A DNA stretch of 64,000 bases, from NCBI GenBank assembly GCA_044221365.1, contig JBGAPH010000012.1:1476-65475 (forward strand), given 5' to 3'. Position numbers and translations under genes: made by a program. Positions 56,456 through 64,000 of the stretch are shown in pieces. Every line of letters begins with the position of its first letter. The first letter of the stretch is position 1. Origin of the DNA: Pirellulales bacterium. Lineage in GTDB: Bacteria > Planctomycetota > Planctomycetia > Pirellulales > JBGAPH01. Below the pieces are notes generated by a model, which saw nothing but the letters and a program-made list of their open reading frames with translations, ran no database searches and was not told the DNA's origin.

Positions 56456-57301
56456 ATGTATCGTCGCGCGGTCTGTTGCCTGGCCCTGGGAGCGCTGTGC
56501 CTGCCGCTGATTCCCTCGGGGGCTCGCGCTGAATCGAGCTCGCTGTTCAGCTACGAGCTGCGGCTTTCCGAAGACCTGGCGCTGCTCTCCTCACCCCACG
56601 ACGCGCGACTGGCGGAGCGGGCGGTGTCGAAATCGGCCAACGCGCTGGCCGTCACCCGCAACAATCCCTACGTGCGGCTGACCAATACTTCGACGTCGGC
56701 GCCGATCGAGCGTTTCCAGATTTCGATCGGCGATGCGGCGAGCGCCGTGTTCGACGCGCTGCAGATCGTGGGGCCCCCGGCCGGCACGACCGCCCGCCTG
56801 CTCTCCCCGACCGATTTGGCGCAAGGGGGCGCTCGCGCCCAAGTGATCGAGTTCGTGTTCGATCAGGGGCTCGCCCCGGGCCGCTCGCTGACGTTTCAGC
56901 TCGACATCGACCCCGTGAAGGCCGGCATGCTCGACAAGCAGGACTTCCGCCACATCCTGTTCGATCTCGGGGGCAACGACTCTTCCGACAACGCGCGGGT
57001 GACGGTGGTCTTCAACGCCGACGTTCCCGACGGAGTTTCGAACACGCTGACCACGCACCTGCCCGACTACTCCCTGACCACGGGGCAGTTCAACGTGACG
57101 GAGAACGTCGTGGCTCAGCAGGTGGTGCAAGAGATGCCGGAAGGCTGCTGCCCGACCGAGCCCTGCGGCGTGTTCATCGTATCCCATCAGGCGGTGCCGG
57201 AGCCGGCCGCGGTGTGGCTGGCCGTGGGAGGGGCGGGGACGCTGGCCGTTCGCGGCATCTATCGCCGCGCTAAGCGATCAGCCGTTTGCGGAACGAGCTG
57301 A
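56456..57301 (+). CDS. PEP-CTERM-anchored secreted protein (hypothetical)
   Basis: Signal peptide; C-terminal AVPEPAAVWLAVGGAGTLAVRGIYRRAKR. The 3' end overlaps the convergent GT9 gene by 32 nt. Confidence 0.65.
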   Translation: MYRRAVCCLALGALCLPLIPSGARAESSSLFSYELRLSEDLALLSSPHDARLAERAVSKSANALAVTRNNPYVRLTNTSTSAPIERFQISIGDAASAVFDALQIVGPPAGTTARLLSPTDLAQGGARAQVIEFVFDQGLAPGRSLTFQLDIDPVKAGMLDKQDFRHILFDLGGNDSSDNARVTVVFNADVPDGVSNTLTTHLPDYSLTTGQFNVTENVVAQQVVQEMPEGCCPTEPCGVFIVSHQAVPEPAAVWLAVGGAGTLAVRGIYRRAKRSAVCGTS

Positions 57302-58340
57302 CCGCCTGCAAATTGGCGGCGACGACGTCTTCCACATCGATCCGCGCCATGTGCTCGGGTCCCACGGGGCATTCGCCCGGATCGCCCGGCGCCACGAGCA
57401 AGGTGTGTCCTTCGCCAAAGGGCGCCCACTTGGCGGGCGCCTGCGCCGGGTGGCTGCTAAAGAGCGCCACCACTGGCGTGCCCACCGCCCCGGCCAGGTG
57501 CATCGGTCCGGTCGAAGACACGGTCAGCACATCGACCTGATCGAGCGCCGCCACGAGCTCGAGCAGGCCAAACTCGGCAAAGAAGCCGACGCTCGGCCGC
57601 TTGCTGGGGGGCACGAGTTGCTCCATCTTGTCGAGCAATGGCTTTTCGGAGCGATGGCCGAACACCGCGACGCGGCCATGCTCGGCCAACCGCGTCGCGA
57701 GCAGGGCGTAGTGCTCGATCGGCCAGTTGAACGAGCTCTGCCGGCTGCCGGGATTGATCGCGAACAGCGGTCGATGCACGCCGAGCCGAGCCTGCAGCTT
57801 CCGCCCAATGCGGCTCCGCAGCATCAGGTCGACCTCGAGCCGCGGCGAGGGACGCCGCGAGGGCACGGGCAATCCGAGCTGTCGCACGAAGGCCAAAGCG
57901 AACTCTGATTCATGCACCGGCGGCCGGCTGCGGTGCAAGAACAACCGGTGGCTGCCGAGCAGAAAGCCTGAGAGGCCATAAGCCCAGCACACGCGCCGGG
58001 GAATGCCGGCCCACCAAGCGCCCCACGCATTGCGGCTGTTGGCGGCGATCACGAGCGCGGCGTCGAAGCGGTGGCGAGCCAGGCGGCGGCCCAGCTCGCG
58101 AGCGGTTTGTTCGGGCCGGTCGAGCAGCACGTCGCTCACGGCCGGGTTGCCTTGCAGCAGCGAGGCCGTGTTCTCCGCCGCGAGGACCGTGAGCCGCGCG
58201 TCCGGAAGCGCGCGATGGGCGGCCTCAAGCGCCGGCAGCGTCATCACCATGTCGCCCAAGCGATCGTTGCGCATGACCAACAGCCGCCGGATCTCCGGCA
58301 CGGGGGCGGCAGGCTCGAGGCTGGCAAGTTGAGGCGTCAA
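57270..58340 (-). CDS. Glycosyltransferase family 9 (ADP-heptose:LPS heptosyltransferase-like)
   Basis: RRLLVMRNDRLGDMVMTLPAL N-terminal GT9 signature. The start is TTG at 58340; an alternative ATG lies at 58274. Confidence 0.75.
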   Translation of the reverse strand: MTPQLASLEPAAPVPEIRRLLVMRNDRLGDMVMTLPALEAAHRALPDARLTVLAAENTASLLQGNPAVSDVLLDRPEQTARELGRRLARHRFDAALVIAANSRNAWGAWWAGIPRRVCWAYGLSGFLLGSHRLFLHRSRPPVHESEFALAFVRQLGLPVPSRRPSPRLEVDLMLRSRIGRKLQARLGVHRPLFAINPGSRQSSFNWPIEHYALLATRLAEHGRVAVFGHRSEKPLLDKMEQLVPPSKRPSVGFFAEFGLLELVAALDQVDVLTVSSTGPMHLAGAVGTPVVALFSSHPAQAPAKWAPFGEGHTLLVAPGDPGECPVGPEHMARIDVEDVVAANLQAVSSFRKRLIA

Positions 58341-58370
58341 ACGATCAGCTCGCTGGTCGGTCTTTGTTCA

Positions 58371-58440
58371 CCGCAGAGGACGCAGAGGACACAGAGAAAC
58401 ACTGCTTCTTTCTTCTCTGTGTCCTTTGCGTCCTCTGCGG
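58371..58440. repeat. Long near-perfect hairpin (28-bp arms CCGCAGAGGACGCAGAGGACACAGAGAA / TTCTCTGTGTCCTTTGCGTCCTCTGCGG, one mismatch) between the oxidoreductase and GT9 genes
   Basis: Read from sequence; same style as 2097-2166. Confidence 0.7.
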
Positions 58441-58457
58441 CAAAAATCTCGCGTTTG

Positions 58458-59453
58458 CTACAAGGTAATGCGTCCGCCTTGGGCGCGGATGCTGCGGCCG
58501 GCGGCTTCGAGCACGCGGACCACGCGGACGCCTGCCCGGCCGTCGGACCGCGGCGTTTGTCCGCTGCGCACGCACTCGAGGAAATGCTGGGCCATCGCGC
58601 TCAACGGTTCGGTCTGCGGCAGGTGGGGCGACCAGACGTCTCCCAGCCGGTAGCTCACCAGCGCGCCGCGGCGGCTCTCGGCGTCTTGCACCTCGAAGCC
58701 GCGATCGTAAACCTTGATCGGCTCGGCCGGATCGAGTTGATTGTAGACCAGGCTCTTGCGGCTGCCGCCCACGATCAGGTGCCGAATCTTCGTGGGGCTC
58801 ATCCAGTTCACGTGGAACGTGGCGATCAAGCCGCTGCCGAAATCCAAGTTCAGGTAGGCCACGTCTTCCTGTTCGCTGGCCGTGTGCGAAGCGCCGATCG
58901 CCGAGAGGCTGCGCGGCTCGCGCCCCAGCAAGTAGTCGACGATCGACAGGTCGTGGGGCGCGAGATCCCAGAGCACGTTCACGTCGTTCTGGAACAGCCC
59001 CAGGTTGATCCGCACGCTGTCGATGAAATAGAGCTCGCCCAATTCGCCGGCCGCGACCAGCTCGCGAATCTTGTTGACCGCCGGGCTGTAGAGAAACGTG
59101 TGGTCGACCATCAGCGTCAAGCCGCGCTCGTCGGCCAGCCTCACGAGCGCTTCGCCTTCGGCCGAGGAGAGCGCGAGCGGCTTCTCGATCAGCACGTGCT
59201 TGCCGGCCTCGAGGGCGGCCTTGGCCAGCGGAGCATGCGTGCGGACGGGCGTGGCGATCGCCAGGGCGTCGATCGCCGGGTCGGCGAGCACGTCCTCGAA
59301 GTTGGCGGTCGGTTCCGCGCCGGGGCAGAGGGCGCGGGCCTTCTCGAGCCGCGCCTTGTCGGCATCGCACACGCGGGCCACGCGGCAGCCGGGGGCCGCC
59401 GAGAAGTTGCGAATCAGATTTGGGCCCCAGTAGCCGCAGCCGACCACCGCCAT
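58458..59453 (-). CDS. Gfo/Idh/MocA-family NAD-dependent sugar oxidoreductase (WbpB-like UDP-sugar 3-dehydrogenase candidate)
   Basis: MAVVGCGYWGPN Rossmann motif, EKPLA motif; ATG at 59451-59453. Confidence 0.75.
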   Translation of the reverse strand: MAVVGCGYWGPNLIRNFSAAPGCRVARVCDADKARLEKARALCPGAEPTANFEDVLADPAIDALAIATPVRTHAPLAKAALEAGKHVLIEKPLALSSAEGEALVRLADERGLTLMVDHTFLYSPAVNKIRELVAAGELGELYFIDSVRINLGLFQNDVNVLWDLAPHDLSIVDYLLGREPRSLSAIGASHTASEQEDVAYLNLDFGSGLIATFHVNWMSPTKIRHLIVGGSRKSLVYNQLDPAEPIKVYDRGFEVQDAESRRGALVSYRLGDVWSPHLPQTEPLSAMAQHFLECVRSGQTPRSDGRAGVRVVRVLEAAGRSIRAQGGRITL

Positions 59454-59567
59454 CGCCACGGTCTCGTTCGCCGAGCGCACGCGGCGGCCAGATTGCGGCG
59501 GCAAAGCCAGGGCGGTCGCCGAATCGTAGTGGGCTTGGTCGATCATCGACGGAGGACCTTCGTTTTT

Positions 59568-60749
59568 TCAGGAAGCTCGCCGTAGCGGCGACCGCATGCG
59601 GTCGACAGCCGGCAGAGGAATCGTGTGGGCGCCGCCCGTGGCTTCGAGGGCATCGCGCAGCGCCGTCGCCGCTGCATCGACCTCGGCCGCGGTGATGCCG
59701 GGAAACATGGGCAGCGACAGGCAGCCAGCCGCCACCGCTTCGGCTACCGGAAAATCGCCCGGCCGATAGCCGAGGTGGTGGTAGACCGGCTGGAACGGGA
59801 TCAGCCGCGGGTAGTGAATCGCCGTGCCGACACCGGCCGCATCGAGCCGGCGGCGCAGTTCGTCGCGGGGGGCGCTGGCGACCTGGACCACGAACAGGTG
59901 CCAAACGTGGCTCAGCGGATCGCCGGCCGAGGGAAGGCCCAGACCTTCGCATCCGGCCAGTTGCTCGAGATAGCGGAGCGCCGCCGTGCGGCGCTGTTCG
60001 TTCCAAGCATCGAGCCGCCGCAATTTGACGTCGAGCACGGCGCCCTGGAGGCCTTCGAGCCGGTAGTTGTAGCCCACCGCCACGTGTTCATGGCGGCTCC
60101 GTTGGGCATGATCGCGGAGGCAGCGGATCCGCTCGGCGAGATGAGCGTCGCTGGTGACGACCGCGCCTCCTTCCCCCCAAGCGCCGAGGTTTTTACCGGG
60201 ATAGAAGCTGAAGCACGCCAGATCGCCCCACGAGCCAACGCGCCGCCCCTGGCAGCGCGCGCCATGGGCTTGTGCGGCGTCCTCGATCAGCCACAACCCG
60301 TGCCGCTCGGCGATGTCGGCGAGCGCCGGCAAATCGGCCGCTTGCCCATAGAGATGCACGGGGAGCAGGGCCTTGGTCCGCGGCGTAATCGCACGCTCGA
60401 CCAGGGCGGGATCCATGGCCAACGTGTGTGGATCGACATCGACGAACACAGGTCGAGCGCCGACGTAGGAGATCGCCCAAGTCGTGCTGATCCACGAGAG
60501 GGGCGTGGTGATCACCTCGTCGTCGGGGCCGACGCCGGCGGCCAACAGCGCCAGATGCAATGCCGAGGTGCCGTTGTTGACCCCGAGACAGTGCTCGACC
60601 CCCAGGTAGCGGGCGAAGCTCGCCTCGAACCGCTCGACTGCGGGGCCGAGGATGAACTGGCTGCCGGCGGCTACAGCTTCGACGGCCGCGCTCAACTCGG
60701 CGCGAACCTCGGCATGTTGGCGGGCGAGATCGACGAATGGCACCTTCAT
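59568..60749 (-). CDS. DegT/DnrJ/EryC1/StrS-family PLP-dependent sugar aminotransferase (WbpE-like)
   Basis: Family-typical MKVPFVDLARQH N-terminus; PLP lysine region SFYPGKNLGAWGEGG. Confidence 0.85.
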   Translation of the reverse strand: MKVPFVDLARQHAEVRAELSAAVEAVAAGSQFILGPAVERFEASFARYLGVEHCLGVNNGTSALHLALLAAGVGPDDEVITTPLSWISTTWAISYVGARPVFVDVDPHTLAMDPALVERAITPRTKALLPVHLYGQAADLPALADIAERHGLWLIEDAAQAHGARCQGRRVGSWGDLACFSFYPGKNLGAWGEGGAVVTSDAHLAERIRCLRDHAQRSRHEHVAVGYNYRLEGLQGAVLDVKLRRLDAWNEQRRTAALRYLEQLAGCEGLGLPSAGDPLSHVWHLFVVQVASAPRDELRRRLDAAGVGTAIHYPRLIPFQPVYHHLGYRPGDFPVAEAVAAGCLSLPMFPGITAAEVDAAATALRDALEATGGAHTIPLPAVDRMRSPLRRAS

Positions 60750-61270
60750 CAGGCGGCGGTCCCTTCATGAAAGCGGAGCAGGCGGGCAGGCACGCCGGCC
60801 ACGATCGCGCCTGGCGCGACGTCTTTGGTGACCACCGCGCCCGCGCCGATCGTGGCGCCGGCGCCAATCTTCAGGCCGCAGAGGATGACGGCGCCCGAGC
60901 CAATCGAGGCGCCGCGGCCCACGTGCGTCGGAACCACCTGCCAGTCGGCCTCGGTCTGCAGTTGGCCGTGGCCCGCGGTCGCCCGCGGATAGCGGTCGTT
61001 GATGAAGCACACGTGGTGCCCCACGAAGCACTCGTCTTCGATCGTCACCCCTTCGCAGACGAAGGTGTGCGAGCTGATCTTGCAGCGAGCGCCGATGCGG
61101 GCGTTCTTTTGAATCTCGACGAACGCTCCAATCTTCGTCTCAGCGCCGATCACGCAGCCGTAGAGGTTGACGAAGTCGTAGATCTTCACGCCGTGGCCGA
61201 GCTGCACGTCAGGCGCGATGCGCGACAGCGCAGGCGGAGCGTTGTGGATGCGGAGGGCGGCGTTGGGCAT
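60749..61270 (-). CDS. Hexapeptide-repeat (LbH) sugar N-acetyltransferase (WbpD/PglD-like)
   Basis: Left-handed beta-helix hexapeptide repeats; stop overlaps the aminotransferase start (ATGA). Confidence 0.8.
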   Translation of the reverse strand: MPNAALRIHNAPPALSRIAPDVQLGHGVKIYDFVNLYGCVIGAETKIGAFVEIQKNARIGARCKISSHTFVCEGVTIEDECFVGHHVCFINDRYPRATAGHGQLQTEADWQVVPTHVGRGASIGSGAVILCGLKIGAGATIGAGAVVTKDVAPGAIVAGVPARLLRFHEGTAA

Positions 61271-61302
61271 GGTGGGTGTCCTCGGCTGCTGGGTTGTTTC
61301 TG

Positions 61303-62112
61303 CTAGGCTGCCTGACGGGGCGCGGCGGCGCGCTCCGCTTCCGGATCAGGCTGGGCGTGGGCGTGCTCCAGCGCCCAGAGCTTGGCGTATTTCACGAGCA
61401 CGGCGTAGCTGTTGAGCAGGCTGATCACCAGGCCCTGTTTGCCTTCCCAGATTCCGCCGCGGCCCAGATAGTCGCGCACGAAGGAGAGGGCAGGGCGCAG
61501 GCTCAGGTCGACGAATCGCGCGCGGCGTCCGCGGCCCCGCAAGTCTTGCGCGGCCCAGGCGGAGTAGCGATCGAGCTTTTCGAGGTACTGCTCGAGGGTC
61601 CAGTACGTGTAATGCAAATACTTGCCGCGGAGGCTGCCGACATTGCCGCCTTCGACAACCGGCTGCTCGTGAACGCGCCCCGGCGCGAAGCGGCACAGGT
61701 CGCGGCGGAACACACCCATGATGCGGTCGCGATTCCAGCCGCAGCCGCGCACCTCGTGTCCGAGGAAGAAGTTGCGACGATAGACCCAGTAACCGTCGTG
61801 CTGGAGAGAGCTCGCCAGCAGCGCGCGGATCTCGTCGGCCAGTTCCGGCGTGAGCCGTTCGTCGGCGTCGATCGCCAAGACCCATTCGTGCCGGCATTGA
61901 GGGATGGCCCAATTGCGGAAGTCGGCGGCGGTGCGCCATTCGCGCTCGATGAGCCGGCAACCGAGCGAGCGGACGATGTCTTGGGTGCCGTCGGTGGAGC
62001 CGCTGTCGGCCACCAGCACCTCGTCGGCCACCGCGCGCACCGATTCGACGCAGGCACGAATATTGCGCCGCTCGTTCTTGCACGGGATCAGGGCCGTGAG
62101 TTGATGGGGCAT
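61303..62112 (-). CDS. Glycosyltransferase family 2 (LPS core glycosyltransferase-like)
   Basis: GT2 N-terminus LIPCKNE ... DADE (DxD). Confidence 0.75.
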   Translation of the reverse strand: MPHQLTALIPCKNERRNIRACVESVRAVADEVLVADSGSTDGTQDIVRSLGCRLIEREWRTAADFRNWAIPQCRHEWVLAIDADERLTPELADEIRALLASSLQHDGYWVYRRNFFLGHEVRGCGWNRDRIMGVFRRDLCRFAPGRVHEQPVVEGGNVGSLRGKYLHYTYWTLEQYLEKLDRYSAWAAQDLRGRGRRARFVDLSLRPALSFVRDYLGRGGIWEGKQGLVISLLNSYAVLVKYAKLWALEHAHAQPDPEAERAAAPRQAA

Positions 62113-62125
62113 TGAGAAGCGTCTC

Positions 62126-63634
62126 TTAAGCCGCTTGGCGTTGGTTGGTCGCAGCCAGCCGTTCGATCAGCGATGTCGTCGACCAGCCCTGCACCTCGTG
62201 GGCCAGGTGGACGCGGCCGCCGTAGGACTCGACGAAGTCCTGTCCCGCGATCCGCTTGTGGGCATACGAGATGCCCTTCACGAGCACGTCGGGGCGGACC
62301 TGGTGGATTAGCTCGACCGGCGTTTCATCGTCGAAGAGAACCACGTAGTCGACCGAGGCCAGGGCGGCCAGCATGGCGGCCCGTTCGGCTTGGCCAATTA
62401 CGGGGCGCTGCGGGCCCTTCAAGCGGCGGACGCTCGCGTCGCTGTTGAGCCCGACCACCAGCCGGTCGCCTTGGTCGGCGGCTTCGGCCAGGCCGGCCAC
62501 GTGCCCCGCGTGGAGCAAATCGAAGCAGCCGTTGGTGAACACAATGCGTTGGCCGCGGCCACGGGCAGCGGCCATCAGCGGGCCGATCTCGTCGGCGGCC
62601 ACAAGTTTGCCGACTCCCGTGCGGGCGGCGACGATCAAATCGCGACGAACCTCTTCGCGCGTCAGCGCGACCACGCCGACTTGTTCGACTTCCAGGCCGC
62701 CGGCCACGTTGCCCAACCGCACGGCGTCGTCTACTTCGGCGCCGCCGGCCAAGCAGATGCCCAGCATGGCCAGCACCATGTCGCCGGCGCCCGTGATGTC
62801 GTAGACCGCGCGCTTGCGAGTGGCGAAGTGGCGAGCGCGGCCATCGGACCAGGCGACTGCCATGCCGTCGCTGTCGAGCGTCACCACGGTGGCTTCGAGA
62901 GCGAGGCGACGGCAGAGCTCGTGGGCGGCGCCGATGGCGTCATCGGGAGTGCGCACCTTATGGCCGCTCCCCAACTCGGCCTCGATGCGGTTGGGCGTGA
63001 GCAGCGTCGCCCCGCGGTACGGGCCGTAGTCGCGGGCGCGGATTGGGTCGACGAGCACCGGCAAACCGGCGGCGCGGGCGCCATCGATCACCGCGCGGAG
63101 CAACCGCGGCGAGCAAACGCCTTTGCCATAGTCCGAAACGAGCGCCGCGCTCACGCGCGGAAACTCTGCCTGAATCCGCCGGATGAGTTCGTCTTCGAGC
63201 GAACTGCACAGCGCTTCGCGCGATTCGGTGTCGACGCGGAGGATTTGTTGCGAGTGCCGGGCCGCGGCCTTGCCGAGGAACCGCTCTTTGAGCGTGGTGG
63301 GGCGCGTGGGATCGACGAGCACGGCCGCAGTATCGACGTCGATCGCTTCCAGCAGGTTGCGGAGCGAATCGCCCGCGGAGTCGCGCCCGATGACCCCGGC
63401 GCACACCACCTCGGCCTCGAGGGCATGCAGCATGTGAGCCACGTTGGCGGCCCCGCCCAGGCGGTCCTCGCGTTCGCCCGCGTTCAGCACCACCACGGGG
63501 GCTTCGGGACTGAGCCTTTCGGCGTTTCCCCAGGTGTACCGATCGAGCAAGAGATCGCCCACCACCAAAATCCTGGTGCGGGGCAATCGATCGAACACCT
63601 CCAGCAGCGCGGCGGAGCTCATGGAGCGGGTCAT
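62126..63634 (-). CDS. hldE: Bifunctional D-glycero-beta-D-manno-heptose-7-phosphate kinase / heptose-1-phosphate adenylyltransferase
   Basis: N-terminal pfkB-type kinase (ILVVGDLLLDRY, DITGAGD) and C-terminal cytidylyltransferase (FTNGCFDLLHAGH). Confidence 0.9.
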   Translation of the reverse strand: MTRSMSSAALLEVFDRLPRTRILVVGDLLLDRYTWGNAERLSPEAPVVVLNAGEREDRLGGAANVAHMLHALEAEVVCAGVIGRDSAGDSLRNLLEAIDVDTAAVLVDPTRPTTLKERFLGKAAARHSQQILRVDTESREALCSSLEDELIRRIQAEFPRVSAALVSDYGKGVCSPRLLRAVIDGARAAGLPVLVDPIRARDYGPYRGATLLTPNRIEAELGSGHKVRTPDDAIGAAHELCRRLALEATVVTLDSDGMAVAWSDGRARHFATRKRAVYDITGAGDMVLAMLGICLAGGAEVDDAVRLGNVAGGLEVEQVGVVALTREEVRRDLIVAARTGVGKLVAADEIGPLMAAARGRGQRIVFTNGCFDLLHAGHVAGLAEAADQGDRLVVGLNSDASVRRLKGPQRPVIGQAERAAMLAALASVDYVVLFDDETPVELIHQVRPDVLVKGISYAHKRIAGQDFVESYGGRVHLAHEVQGWSTTSLIERLAATNQRQAA

Positions 63635-63770
63635 CCGTGACGTGCATTCGACAGCCTGCCGATCCCTCCTGGACGGCTGGCCTTACGAAGTCGGGCCGGA
63701 GTTATAGCCCAAGCCCAGCTTGGCCAAAAGCCAAGTTAGGCAAAATGGGCAGCGCGACGGCTCTTTCCCG

Positions 63771-64000
63771 TTAAGCCAGCACGCCGGGCAGCCTCCCGGT
63801 GCTGTCGGCGAAGCGTTCGGCCGGCACGCCCAGCGCGTCGAGCATCGATAGGTACAGGTTCGCCAGCGGCGTGTCGCGGTCGTAGCGGCGGTGTTCCCCC
63901 GTAGCGATGCGGCCGCCCCCCTGGCCCCCCAGCAGGATCGGCGGGTAGTTGTCGACGACCTGAAAGTCGAGCTGGCTACGGCTACGGCTCAGACGCGGGT
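63771..64000 (-). CDS. DUF1501 domain protein, C-terminal fragment (continues beyond the window end)
   Basis: Reverse-strand translation ends ...FADSTGRLPGVLA*, matching the C-termini of the other two DUF1501 proteins. Confidence 0.55.
   Translation of the reverse strand, partial: PRLSRSRSQLDFQVVDNYPPILLGGQGGGRIATGEHRRYDRDTPLANLYLSMLDALGVPAERFADSTGRLPGVLA

Noticed and set aside
1-64000. CRISPR arrays, tRNA/rRNA genes, transposases/integrases, prophage genes
   Set aside because: I found no direct-repeat/spacer periodicity, no tRNA T-arm (GGTTCGANTCC-like) signatures in intergenic DNA, and no recombinase-like ORFs. The repeats found are palindromic REP/MITE-like, not CRISPR.

Overview
High-GC (~65-68%) bacterial chromosomal segment, almost certainly from a Planctomycetota (Pirellula/Rhodopirellula-like) genome. 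The evidence is three DUF1501 proteins ending ...PIRELLA / ...IRGVLA / ...PGVLA, a PSCyt1-DUF1549-DUF1553 protein, two DUF1559 'H-X9-DG' pseudopilin-like proteins, an arylsulfatase, two PEP-CTERM proteins, a dockerin-bearing S8 peptidase, and ECF sigma factors coupled to a Ser/Thr kinase. I call about 55 genes, mostly housekeeping or envelope functions. These include a sugar ABC importer, an LPS/heptose plus diacetamido-sugar operon, TatA, Fpg, LtaE, ThpR, a sulfatase, two purple-acid-phosphatase-like metallophosphoesterase paralogs, and a beta-lactamase-fold::VanX-type D-Ala-D-Ala dipeptidase fusion. I found no rRNA, tRNA, CRISPR, transposase or prophage genes. The many long ORFs antisense to real genes are GC-driven artefacts. 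The ORF track counts GTG/TTG as starts, so I re-derived several starts by hand. The least-explained content falls in three groups. First, several families of intergenic palindromic REP/MITE-like elements: a GCACAGGCT-TCC-AGCCTGTGC hairpin family, a CTAGTGCT..GTCACAGCTTG..TTTCGGGT unit family, a 168-bp inverted-repeat-flanked element, and three ~60-160-bp near-perfect long hairpins sharing a TTGAACCAC boundary and a GAATTC-containing loop. Second, a three-gene cassette: coiled-coil protein, SPFH(Band-7, LSDV-core-like) with a YbjN-like C-terminal domain, and SAM hydroxide adenosyltransferase. Third, tandem paralogous polytopic membrane proteins between tatD and tatA. Also notable are an orphan FHA-GAF-histidine kinase and an ECF sigma translationally coupled to a membrane Ser/Thr kinase.
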